NCBI GenBank assembly: GCA_038087875.1
Contig: JAXLNO010000246.1
Location: forward strand, 186,001-250,000
Direction: 5' to 3'
Source: Malacoraja senta
Lineage: Eukaryota
Length of the DNA stretch: 64,000 nt
In this document: in pieces, positions 36,167 to 48,460 of the stretch
Layout: every line of letters begins with the position of its first letter
Position numbering within the stretch: position 1 is the first letter of the stretch
Made by a program: the position numbers and the translations under genes
Notes under the pieces: generated by a model
Seen by the model: only the letters and a program-made list of their open reading frames with translations
What the model was told of the DNA's origin: nothing
Database searches by the model: none

Positions 36167-37916
36167 ATGTCTTCCAAGACGCGCACGTATAGTGAAACAT
36201 TTCTCAAGTTCGGCTTCACAAGCATTGTTCAAAATCCGTGGTCAAGCCGCGATGTGTTCTCTGTGCCAAGGTTTTGAGTCACGAGAGCATGAAGCCCAGC
36301 AAACTGAAGATCCATTTGGTGTCTTGTCACAGTAACCTGGCGGGGAAGAGCGTGGACGATTTCAAACGAAAAGAAGCCGTACTCAAGGGATCCCGCATCT
36401 ATTCAACGGGTCACTCGCTCATCAAAATGAAGCAGCTTTGGAGGCTTCATACCGGATTGCTTATCGAATCGCACAGACTAAGAAACCTCACAGCATCGGT
36501 GAAGCGCTTATCAAGCTATGCCTTCTCGAAGCAGCGAAGTTGGTGCTGGGGGAACAGCAGTCAAACAAGTTCAGACAGATTTCCCTTTTGAATGACACAG
36601 TCAAAAGTTGAATCTCAGATATGAGTAATGATATTCTGCTGCAAGTAGTGAGGGCTGTGACGAGCAGTCCAGTGTATTCACTGCAACTGGGTGAGTCAAC
36701 AGATGTTGCCTCATGTTCCCAACTGCTAGTCTACGTTCGTTACCTCAATGGAGAAGTACCTGTTCTCGGAGCGATTGGCTACCACCACTCGGGGAGAAGA
36801 TGTGTTCAGAATGCTGGAAGCCTTCCTCATCAAACATGAGCTTGGCTGGGAATGCCTTGTTGGGATGTGTACAGTTGGGGCACCTTCCATGGTCAGTTGC
36901 AGATCCGGTTTCCAAGCCTTCGTGAAGGATGTCGCTCCCCATGTCTCCTTCACCCACTGCAAGATACATCACCATGCTTTAGCGATGAAGACTCTCCCTC
37001 TTGGTCTTCGAGAAGTGCTTTCAGATGTGGTGAAGATTGTGAACCACATCCGAGAGCGCAACAAACTCAAGAATCTTCAAGCGATGTGTGAAGAAATGGG
37101 CGCCGATTTCACTATTCTGTTATTCCACACAGAAGTGCGCTGGCTTTTGCGTGGTAAAGTTCTCAATCATGTGATTTGACTTCAAGAGGAAATAGCGTTG
37201 TTCTTGGAGAGAAGGGGTACTGAGAAGGAGAATCAGCTTCATGAAAAGATGCAGGATGAACTGTTCGTGATGAAGGTTGCTTACTTGGCTGACTTCTTCG
37301 CTGAGGTGAATTCCTTGAACATGTCACTTCAAGGAATCCTCCCAATGGCAAAGTGGCAGCATTCAGGAGGAACCTTTACCAGAGAAGATTCCAGTACGGT
37401 GACACGGATATCTTCCCTGAGATGATGACTCTCCTGGATGCTACGCCTGATGCTGAATGCCACATCCACGAGGAGATCTCAACCCACCTTCTGGCAATTA
37501 GTGAAGCCATCGAACGTTACTTCCCCGGACTGGACGACCGCTCTCGTGATCAGTGGATCATCCGACCCTTTTCCGTTGAAGACGGTGGCATCAGTGATAC
37601 TGACGTGACTGCGAAGGTTGAATTTTACCGAATTCGTGAAGATGCGCAACTCAAGAGTGACTTCATGGAACAAGAGCTCGCCGCGTTTTGGCTGAAAGTG
37701 AAGGACTGTCCTGCTCTTTCGAAGAGGGCCCTGACCCTATTGGTCCAGTCCCCCTCAACCTCTCACTGTGAGGGTGGATTCTCAACTATGGTAACTCTGA
37801 AAACGAAGGTACGAAATAGGTTTGTGATCGACACTGACATGAGATGCTGCCTGTCGAGCATTCGTGTTCATTTTGATTGCCTGATGACTGCGAAGTTATT
37901 TCAGCCATCCCATTGA
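36167..37916 (+). pseudogene. Disrupted Buster-family hAT transposase
   Basis: MSSKTRTYSETFLKFGFT start, BED finger (KPRCVLC..MKPSKLKIH), LQLGESTDV, CTVGAPSM, HCKIH, HTEVRWL and CEGGFS. Several stops and frameshifts. Confidence 0.9.
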
Positions 37917-38134
37917 CTGAGCAATGGCAGACATGTTTTAATAAATCGGGCTGTTTTTTTTCAAATTTTGTTTCAGAGGTCACGGTACTGATCAAGAATG
38001 CCCGATGGGGTCGTGGGGCCAAAAAGATTAAGAACCACTGCTCTAAAGCTTAAAACTAAAGGGGCTAATAAAGGCCACAAAGTGGCTTTAGTGAGTCAGA
38101 TTACAGAAAATCCCACATCTTTTTCAAGGTTTCA

Positions 38135-38822
38135 TGGTTAGTTTATTGTCACATATACCAATTAAGGTACATTGAAATGCAGACTACCATACACCGTACA
38201 AAAAAAAAGCAACAAGACACACAATAACGTAAAAGTTAACATAAACATCCACAACAGAGGAGCCCGCACGTTCCTCACTGTGATAGAAGGCAATAAAGTC
38301 TAATCTCCTTCCTCTTTATCTCCCGCGGTCTGGGCAGTCAAACAATCTGCAGTCGGCGGTCGAAACCCCCGTTGGGGAATCGAAACTCCCACATCGGAGC
38401 GGTCGAAACTCCTGCGGCTTGGAGGTCCCGGATGTCGGTCTCGACTGAGGACCGCAGGCTCCGCAATGTTAAAGTCTTGCAGGCTCTCAAAGTTGGAGCC
38501 CTAAAGTCGATCCCTGACAAGGATTGCGAGCTCCATGATGTTAAGTCCACAGGCTCCTGCGATGGATCTCCCGGTCGATCTCTAGCAAAGGCCGCCATTC
38601 CTCAATGTTAGGCCACATTGTGGACGGAGATACGATACAGAAAATATCGCATCTACGTCGAGGTAAGAGATTAGGAAAAGTTTCCCACAACTCCCCCACC
38701 CCCCCCCCCCCCCCGCCCAAAAAACAAGCTTAAGAACACTAAAGAATATACATTTAACACGTACAAAACGGACACAAAGAAGGAAGGGACAGACATACTG
38801 TTGGCGAGGCAACCATTGCAGC
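38135..38822 (-). repeat. Unclassified dispersed repeat (related segments at about 35090-35560, 49150-49670 and 60420-60700)
   Basis: Shared motifs TTTATTGTCA.., AACATCCA and CTCACTGTGAT(G/A)GA(A)GGC..AAAGT followed by a CpG-rich body. Confidence 0.55.
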
Positions 38823-38834
38823 AAAAGGTGGATT

Positions 38835-41828
38835 CATAAAATTAGAACAGAGACAGGAGAATTATTAAAAATGCCCAAGGACATAAATGATAGATTTCTC
38901 CAATACTATCATAACCTTTATTCAACTAAAACCGTAGGACAATCAGAAGGAATAGCAGATTTTTTACTAAAATGTAATTTAAAAGGTTTAGATTCAAACG
39001 ATAGAGAATTATTAGAAAGGGAGATTACGATAAAAGATATTGAGGAGTCTATTGGCTCTTTAAAAAATGGTAAAGCAGTAGGACCAGATGGTTTTGGCTC
39101 CGAATTTTATAAAAAAAATTATGATTTGCTTTGCCCACGTTTACAAAGACTATGAGTATATCTATACTCAACAGAAACTTCCAGACACTTTAAATGAATC
39201 TATAATAACACTTATTCCTAAAGCTGATAAAGATCCGGAAGACCCGGGATCATATAGAGCAATTACACTTTTAAATACAGATCAGAAAATATTAACTAAA
39301 ATACTAGCGCATAGATTAAGTACAGTGATGAATAAATTAATACACCCTGACCAAACAGGCTTTATTCAGAAACGGTACTCATATTATAATCTAAGAAGAT
39401 TATTTAATATTATATATTCCAAGAGAATTATTAATGAAGATCTAGCAATAATCTCACTTGACGCTGAAAAAGCATTTGATCAGGTCGAATGGTCTTATTT
39501 ATTTTCGGTGATGGAAAATATGCAGCTAGGGGAGAAATTCTGTACATGGATAAAACTGTTATATACAAATCCCACGGCTAGAATATTTACAAACCAAAGG
39601 TTGTCATCTAAATTTAGTCTATCTAGAGGTTGTAGACAAGGATGCCCGTTATCTCCATTATTATTTGCGCTTGCTATTGAGCCACTTGCAGAAAGAGTCA
39701 GGGGGCATCCGGAAATACACGGGTATAACACAAAGGACACAGTGAATAAAATTTCTCTATACGCAGATGATGTATTAATTTACATTACAAAACCAGAAAT
39801 TAGTATTCCAAACTTATTAAAGCTAATAACCCAATTTGGTTCACTTTCAGGATACAGAATAAATTGGAATAAAAGTGAAATTATGCCAATAAGGGAACAT
39901 AACAAACAGATAATACAACAATTTCCATTTAAAATAGTAAAGGAAAAATTTAAATATCTAGGTATTTATGTAACTAAGATATATACATCATTATTTAAAG
40001 CAAATTTTCCACCATTACTGAATAAACTACATAAGAATATTCAATACTGGAAAACACTTCCTATCTCAATGGTTGGCAAAATTAATGCCATAAAAATGAT
40101 TTTTTTACCGCAAATATTATACCCTTTTCAGACAATTCCGATATATCTGGCAAAAAACTTTTTTTTTAAACTGGACTCTATTGTTAATGATTTTATCTGG
40201 GATTATAAGAATCATAGGATAAACAAAAGACATTTGTGTAAATCAAAAATAAATGGAGGCTTGGTTTTACCCAACTTTTTGTTTTATTTCTGGGCAGTTA
40301 ATATTAAAAATATGAATTTCTGGTTGGAAGAAATAGATCATCAACCAGACTGGTTAAAAATGGAAAAGGAAGATTGTTTACCTTTTGATATCGGTTCGAT
40401 ATTATTTGCTACGTCTAAATTAAACAAAAAAAATTATAGGGAAAACCCTATAATATTTAGTGCTATACGAATTTGGAAACAATTAAAAAATACATTAAAA
40501 TTAGATAATTTATCACTTTTTCTTCCAATTGTGAATAACCCTTTGTTTAAGCCTTCATGGTTGGACGGGGGTTTTACACAATGGAAGAATTATGGAATTA
40601 AAAATATGGGACAACTTTACAAGGAAGGCACTTTTCTGACATTTCAGGAGTTGCAACAGACTTATGGACTTCGAGGAAATGATTATTTCAGATATCTTCA
40701 ACTTGGAGATTATGTAAAATCGAATACTCAAAATTTTTAAATTAGAAATTCAGAAATTCTTGATGAATGTTGGAACAAACATCCTAATACAGAAAAATTA
40801 ATATCTTATATATATAATATCTTATTAGACAGTGACATTCCATCGACGGACTTACACAGACAAACATGGGAAAAAGAATTAAATCAAATAATAATGAAAG
40901 ATACTTGGGAAGAAAGTTTGCAACACATACATCAATGTTCATTAAACGCCAGACATTCTCTAATACAATTTAAAGTAATACATAGGTTACATTATTCAAA
41001 AACAAAACTACATAAAATCTTTCAACATATCTCACCTATATGTGATAAATGTCAACATTTAGAAGCTACCTTATCTCATATGTTTGCAAACTGTATAAAA
41101 ATTAAAAAATTCTGGGTAAATATTTTCGGTATAATATCTAAAGTAACCAGCACACAATTGGACCCAGATCCAAAATTAATAATACTCGGAATATTAGAAT
41201 TAAATCAAACATTTAGAACAACACAAAGAAACTTTATTGATTATAGTTTAATAACAGGAAAAAAATTAATTCTAGAAATTTTGGAAAGGCCCTACGACCC
41301 CCACAATCAAAATGTGGATTACAGAAATGACGGAGACCTTAAACGTGGAAAGAATCAGATTCTCCCTGTTGGACAAACAGGAATTATTCGTTGGAACATG
41401 GTCTCCTTTTATTGATTACTTAAAGGGTCAGAACTGTTCAGCACAGGATCCTGACTAGCACTCGGGCTAAAGAATGGATGAAATGCTATACTTAGAAATG
41501 TACGAATATATCTCGAATGAAGTTTTTTATTTTAATAAATTTTTCCATTCTTCTTTAACTATCTTTTTCCTTTTTTTTTTGTTTGTTTTTTTTGTTTTGT
41601 TTTTTGTTTTTCTTCTCTTTCTTTTCTTTCTTTACTTCATCTATCTCTTTAGTTCTGTTTAGTTTAAAATAAAATAAAAAAAGGCAAAAGGTATTGGAGA
41701 CAATGTAATAATAATTGACAATATTATCAATTTAAAAATGTAAGACTGTAATGATGTAAATAGGTTGTGTACTTATCTCCAATAAAAAATATTTTAAAAA
41801 AAAAATAAAAAAAAATAAAAAAAAAAAA
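38835..41828 (+). mobile_element. L1 LINE, 5'-truncated, ORF2 RT with few lesions, poly(A) tail
   Basis: KAVGPDGF, YRAITLLNTD, SLDAEKAFD, GCRQGCPLSP, LYADD, KYLG and the C-terminal CDKC..HMFANC. Candidate TSD AAAA(G/A)GTGGATT. Confidence 0.95.
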
Positions 41829-41924
41829 GTGGATTGCTTAAGGATATAGAAGGGAATATGTGCTTGGAGTTTGTGGATATAGGCGAGGTTTGGTTTCACC
41901 AAGGAAGACATGTAGAATAGTAAG

Positions 41925-42480
41925 TACATCATAAATTCCTCCAACATTTCTGCCACCTCCAACGGGATCCCACTACTGGTCACATCTTCCCATCTCCACC
42001 CCTTTCTGCTTTCCGCAGAGACCTTTCCCTCCGAAACTCCCTGGTCAACTCGTCCCTTCACACCCAAACCACCCGCTTCCCGGATACTCCCCGGATCTCA
42101 ACCCACCTTCTGGCAATTAGTGAAGCCATCGAACGTTATTAAGGTACATTGAAACGCCTAACATTGTCAGAGTGAGGCCCAGCCCAAATTGGAGGAACAT
42201 CACATCATATTTCGCTTGGATAGTCTATACTCCAGCGGTATGAGCTTTGACTTCTAATACTTTCGATAGCCCTTGATTTCTCTCTCCATCCCCTCCCCCT
42301 TCCCAATTCTGCCACCAGTCTTACTGTCTCCGCCGACATTCTATCTTTGTCCCTCCCCTGACATCAGTCTGAAGAAGGGTCTCGACCCAAAACAATGCCC
42401 ATTCCATCTCTCCAGGGAAGCTGCCTGACCCGCTGAGTTACGCCAGCATTTTGTGTCTCTCTTCGATTTTAACATCTGCA
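41925..42480 (+). mobile_element. Penelope-like element fragment with internal deletion and templated insert
   Basis: Matches about 6420-6570 and 6872-7200; about 300 bp are replaced by a short patch at about 42094-42161. Confidence 0.8.
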
Positions 42481-42619
42481 GCATCTGCAGTTCTTTCTTA
42501 CACATAAAGAATCAATGTGGAGAATGCTAACATGCAGGGACACTTTGAAGTTAAGCAAGAAGGAGATGTTGGATCACTTGAAGAGAAATGTGGGTAAATC
42601 CCCAGGACAGAGGGGTGTA

Positions 42620-43065
42620 GTGGATGATAATAATAAGCGTTGAAAACATTAGTGCCGTGCTGGTTTCCGACGGGCACGGTGACGGACGCACCACACATCT
42701 CTGTCCTCAATGCAGCTGGCAGGCACCTCGTTTATCTCTACACATGCGTCTCCCATCAACGTCTTCACCATCGTCTTGATTGTCCATCCTGGGTCAAGTC
42801 TTCCATGGGTGGGTTCCCACAGCACAACCTTGTTTGCTGGCATTTCTGGGTGGCGGAGCCAGAGACCTGCGAGCCTCATCCTTCTCAACGTGATCTTCTC
42901 GGTCAGAGGTGGATTCTCCCCATAGAGCTGGGCGTTGGTGATGTGGTCCCGCCATCTAACATTTTGAACTTTTCCGTGCATTCGGGTGTAGGTACCATCG
43001 AGAGTCTAGGACAGTGCTGGAGTGAGAGTCCATGCCTCACACCCATACAATAATATGGTCTCTAC
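42620..43065 (-). mobile_element. RTE-clade LINE 3' fragment
   Basis: LLYGCEAWTLT..VRWRDHITNAQLYG..RRMRLAGLWLRHPE..VLWEPTHG. Confidence 0.7.
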
Positions 43066-43239
43066 AGTTGTACGGAAAGACAAATATTCACGCTGTAGTT
43101 CAGTGACAAGTAGAGTTCTGCAGGGATCCGTGCTGTGACCCTTGCTACTTGTGACATATATAAATGACTTGGACCCTGGTGTTCAGAAATTACCCAGTCA
43201 TAACAATTAATCAAATAATGATTTTTATTTTTATTTCAG

Positions 43240-43513
43240 ATTATCACGACGTTCAAGGACAGTTTGGTTGTGAGGTGAACGATCACAGTCCCACTGTAGG
43301 GATATTGAAGTTGGCTTTTGATGGAAGTTATGCATTTAGTTTTGATAAGGACAAATTAAAGTGGACGGTGCATGATCCAATAGCTGAGCTTCAAAGAGAA
43401 ATGGGACAAGAATGAAAAAATGAACCGTTATTTCAAGAGCTTGTTAGAACATGACTGTGTGGATCTATGGCTTACATACTATGCAATTGGAAAGACATAC
43501 ATGACCAGAAAAG
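43240..43513 (+). CDS. MHC class I-like exon 3 (alpha2 domain), frameshifted near 43388-43392
   Basis: Acceptor TTATTTCAG| and donor AAG|GTGAGT; 274 nt, not a multiple of 3. First frame reads DYHDVQGQFGCEV..AFDG..LKW; after the shift it reads KEKWDKNEKMNRYFKSLLEHDCVDLWLTYYAIGKTYMTRK. Both alpha2 cysteines are present. Confidence 0.9.
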
Positions 43514-44154
43514 GTGAGTTCAGAACAAAGGATGTTGTTTTGTGATGGTAGGCAATGAGTAACATTATCTCTGACCCAATCATGACAGAGGGAAAGGTCA
43601 TTCGGCCCATTGATTCTATGCTAGTTTTCTACGCAATGTCGACAAACTGTTCCACAGCTCTCTCTCACAACTTGCACTCAGCTCCCTTGGATTCTCCTTG
43701 CATTCAGCTCCACGACGGATAATTTGCAATGTCCAACTAACTCACTGGCACGTCTTTGGTATATTGGACAAAACTGGAGCACATGGAGGAAGCCAACTGA
43801 GTCATCAGGTCATAAGTGATGGCTGCAGCATTAGAACATTCGGCCCATCAAGTCGACTTCGCCAGTCAATCATGGCTGATCTATCTCTCCCTCCTAACCC
43901 CATTCTCCTGCCTTCTCCCCATAACCCCTGACCTGCATACTAATCAAGAATTAAAAATATCCATTGACGTACTCCACAGCCTTCTGTGGCAAACAATTCC
44001 ACAGAATCACCATCCTCTGACAAAATAAATTCCTCCTCATCTCTTTCCTAAAGGAATGTCCTTTAATATTGAGACTATGATCTCTCGTCGTAGACTCTCC
44101 CACCATTGGAGACATCCTCTCCACATCCACATCTATCCAAGCCTTTCACTATTT

Positions 44155-47100
44155 GTTTAAAAAAATATATATATTTTTATTAGAAGCATGTGCATATCAT
44201 AATACAAACATTTCTTATATATCTTCCTCGACGCATCCGGCAACAACATCGACGTGTACACTGACGTGGTGACGTCATACGTCCGCTACTGTGAAGAACT
44301 GTGCGTCCCCTACAAAACTGTCACAATACCCAGTAATGGAAAACCCTGGTTCAACAAGGACATACAACTTCTTCGCAAAAAGAAAAATGCAGCCTACACC
44401 AATGGAAACATTGATCAATACAAAATAGCAAAATATGAACTCAGGTCTGCAATACGGAAGGCAAAATTAGCTTATTCAAAGAAATTGTAACAACAATTTA
44501 AAACTCATAATTCAAGAGAGGTCTGGAAAAATCTACAGAAGATGACGGACTACAAAACACGTCCTGTTCCCATCTCAGATGAGGATCCGGACTTACCGGA
44601 AAAATTGAACACTTTTTATGCAGGCTTTGATAATGTCACCCCGCCATCCATGCCTCCCCCCCACCTAACTCAGCACCATTTACCATCTCTGAGGAGGTGG
44701 TGAGGGCGGCCTTCAAAAATCTTAATAAAAGAAAAGCGGCAGGGCCAGACGACCTCAGCCCCGCTGCTCTTAACCACTGTGCAGCTCAGCTGGCTCCTGT
44801 GTTCACCTCCATCTTTAACACTTCCCTCAGCCAATGTAGAGTCCCGCAGTGTTTTAAGGCATCCATTATCATCCCTGTGCCCAAGTCCTCCAAGGTGAGC
44901 TGTCTGAACGATTTTAGACCTGTTGCACTAACATCAGTTGCCATGAAGGCCTTTGAGCACATAGTCCTCACCCATCTGAAAACATACACTGTCCCCATCA
45001 TGGACCCTTTTCAATTTGCATACAGCGCCAACCGGTCTGTGGAGGATGCTATCAACCTAGCTCTTCACTACTCCCTACATCATTTGGAATCACCGAACAC
45101 TTATGCACGCATCCTGTTTATAGATTTTAGCTCGGCCTTTAATACTATACACCCAATTAAACTCTACAATAAACTGTTGGACATGGGCATTCACCTAGCC
45201 ATGTGCCATTGGATTTTACATTTTCTTACAAACAGACAACAAAGAGTCAAGGTGGGTGAAAAACTCTCCAGCCCTCTGACTATCAATACAGGAGCCCCTC
45301 AAGGGTGCGTTCTGTCACCTCAGCTCTTCTCACTTTACACCAACAACCTCACATCTCAATACAGCTCAGTTAAAATTTTCAAATATGCAGATGACACGAC
45401 AATAATTGGCCTCATCTCAGACAACAATGAATCACAATACCATCAAACAGTGGACAGCGCAGTCAAATGGTGCGCAGAAAACAACCTCCAGCTTAACACC
45501 TCAAAAACCTTAGAAACCATCATAGATTTCAGACGCAAACAAAACCTCAAACCCGCGGTCCATGTCAACTCCCATCCCATAACCTCCACGAACTTATTTA
45601 AGTTTCTGGGCACCTATATCTGCAATAATCTAAAATGGCACATCAATGCTGACCACATCATTAAGAAAGGACAACAACGCCTATACTTCCTCAAACAGCT
45701 CAAGAAGTTCAGAGTCCACAAACACCTCCTGGTACGCTTCTATCAATCCATCATTGAAAGCATCATCACCTCCTCAATCACAGTCTGGTACGGAAACACT
45801 GACAGTCACTCACTACACAGAATACAGCGCATTGTCTCCAAGGCCTCTAGGATCATCAACTCTCCCCTCCCCTCAATCCATTCCATTTACCTCCAACGTA
45901 CCTCAAAACGGGCAACAAAGATCATCTCGGACCCCTCCCATCCAGCAAACCACCTTTTTCAGTCTCTCCCTTCAGGGTCACTTGCCTTAGGTCACTTGCT
46001 ACAAAATCCACCCATTTTAAAAACAGTTTTCTTCCCCTCAGCAATAAGAACACTTAATTCCCTCCAATAACTTTTTGACTTTGATGTATACAGTGTCTTG
46101 TCTATGGTTTTTGTCTGTTCTTTTGCACTATGTATTGTTGGTGAGATTTGTGATTTGTGATGTGCTTTATTATTATTGTTGTTAGTGTTAATGTGCTAAA
46201 GCAGTACCATCATGTACCGAACCCAATTACCACCAACCCTGGTCGTGTGGCAAATAAAGTTTCTATTCTATTCTATTCTACTTTGCTAATAGGTGGGAAT
46301 CCAGCTATCAAAATAATAGTGGTCCTCCTTGATCAATTGTATATTAAATCTGCTTCTATTTAGTTTTGTTTTATAGATAGAAAGTGAGAAATTTAAAAAA
46401 AGGCATAATAAAGAAGAATGGAATAATTTACCAATAATACAACTTTGGAGATAAGTCCGTAAGTTATAAAACATAACTATTCATCTAATCCTGAGCTTGG
46501 ATTTCAGTCAGATTCCTATGCTGAACCAATTTACCCTTTCAAAAAATCAATAAATAGAGACCTTATTCTATTAAATAATTCAAGTTTGTCAATTAAGACA
46601 AGTCTAGTTCTTTCCAAATGTAAGGTCTCTGACATTTCCATAATCCACATTTTGATTGTGGGGGTTATAGGACCTTTCCAAAATTTTAATATTAATTTTT
46701 TCCCAATTATTATACTATAATCAAGAAAGTTTCTTTGGTTTATTGTAAGTCTTAGGCTTTGTTCTGACATTCCTAATATTATTAGTTTTGAGTCGGGATC
46801 CAATTGGGTATTGACTACTTCAGAAATTATTCTGAAAATGTCCTTCCAGAAATTTTTGATTTTTATACAATTTACAAAGGTATGAGTTAAATTAGCCTCT
46901 AAATGCTGGCATTTATCACAAATAGGAGAGATATGTGGGAAGATTCTATTTAATTTTGTTTAAGAATAATGTAATCTATGTAATACTTTAAATTGTATTA
47001 AGGCATGTCTGGCATTTAACGAGCATTGATGTATATATTGTAGACTTTCGTCCCAAATATCTTTCGTTATGGGTTGGCCTAATTCATTTTCCCATGTGTG

Positions 47101-47588
47101 TCTATATAAATCCGTCGGCGAGACCTCACTATCTAAGAGGGTATTATAAATATGAGATATTAATTTTTCTGTATTAGGATGTTTATTCAAACATTCATCA
47201 AGGATTTCTGGTTCCCTAGTTCTGTAATCTTGTGTATTTGATTTAATGTAATCTCTAATTTGTAAATATCTGAAAAAGTTATTTGAGTGTGGTCCGTAAA
47301 TCTGTTGTAACCCCTGAAATTAAAGAAAAGTGCCTTTCCTATAAAGATGTCCCATCTTTTTAATTCCTTAATTTTTCCATTGTGTAAAGCCTTTATCCAA
47401 CATGGAGGGTTTGAATAAAGGGTTGTTTATAATGGGGAGACAGAGTGATAAATTATCCAATTTTAAAGTCTTTTTTAATTGTTTCCAAATTCGTATACCA
47501 CTATATATTATAGAATTTTCACTATAGGTTTTTTAATGCAATTTTGTGGGAGCAAACATAATCGAACCAATTTCAAAAGGCAAACAGT
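44155..47588 (-). mobile_element. L1 LINE 3' part (diverged subfamily), itself interrupted by a Rex1 element
   Basis: DCLPFEIGSI, MNKHPNTEKLISHIYN and MDPDSKLIILG parallel the L1 at 40.3-41.4 kb; bounded by the CTTTCACTATTT TSD. Confidence 0.85.
44220..46280 (+). mobile_element. Rex1/Babar LINE, 5'-truncated, with 457-aa open RT ORF (44697-46070)
   Basis: KAAGPD, DFRPVALTS, LFIDFSSAFNT, GAPQGCVLSP, KYADD and KKGQQRLYFLKQLKKF (DUF1891-type); (TATTC)n tail. Confidence 0.9.
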
Positions 47589-48159
47589 CTTTCACTATTT
47601 TGTATGACTCAATGAGGTCCCCCCTTATTCTTCTAAACTCCAGCGAGTACAGGCCCACTGCCATCAAATGGTCATCATATGTTAACCCATTCATTCCTGG
47701 GATCATTCTTGTACACCTCCTCTGGACACTCTCCAGAGCCAGCACATCCTTCCTCAGATATGGTGCCCAAAATTGCTCACAATGCTCCAAATGTGGCCTG
47801 ACCGGCGCCTTATTGAGCCTCAGCATTACATCCCTGTTTGACAGGGAGAAAGTGTAATTGATGTATTTCATATTAGTTAACCATGGATTTTCTTGACCAC
47901 AGTTGACAGCCCCTAATGGGATTGCATGTCTATCACACATCTCAAAAGAGCACAGCATTAAGCTTCGAAGGGCAAAATTTACACGAGTTGTGCAGGTCAA
48001 GTGTTTTTTTGCACAGAGAGAGCTTGATACCTAGAATGCGCTACCAGGAGTGGTGGTAGAGGAAGACATGATAATGGTGCTTAAGAAGGTTTTGGACAGG
48101 CTTGTGAATGTGCAGCGAATACAAGGATATGGATCACATGCAGGCAGTGGAAATCAGTT

Positions 48160-48460
48160 TTGGTTTAGTTTAGAGATAGAGTATGGAAACAGGATCTTTG
48201 GGCCACTGAGTCTGCACTGACCAGCAATTGCCCATTCACTATTTTTGTCCTACAAGCTAGGGACAATTTACAGAAGCCAATTAACCTACAAACCTGCACG
48301 TCTTTTGTATTTGGGAGGAAACCGTAGCCCCCAGAGAAAACCCACAGGGTGACAGAGAGAACGTACAAACTCCGTCCAGACAGCACTCTAGTCAGGATCG
48401 AACCCGGGTCTCTAATGCTGTAAGACAGCCATTCTATCACTGTGCCACTGTGTTGCCTTA
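48160..48460 (-). mobile_element. HE1-like V-SINE
   Basis: Reverse-strand copy. Confidence 0.75.

Larger units (their letters stand above)
33600..38040 (+). mobile_element. hAT DNA transposon, Buster/Charlie type
   Basis: TIRs CAGTGGTTCTTAACCT / AGATTAAGAACCACTG; 8-bp TSD CTCCAAAG / CTCTAAAG (nnnTAnnn-type site); inserted in a SINE tail. Confidence 0.92.
43805..47840 (-). mobile_element. CR1 3' fragment split by an L1 insertion (pieces at about 43805-44154 and 47589-47840)
   Basis: The CR1 frame RRIRGDLIESYKIVK (47.6 kb) continues as KIVKGLDR at 44.15 kb; TSD CTTTCACTATTT at 44143 and 47589. Confidence 0.8.

Noticed and set aside
47533-48000. 155-aa ORF with mixed motifs
   Set aside because: Chance read-through across a CR1/L1 insertion junction.
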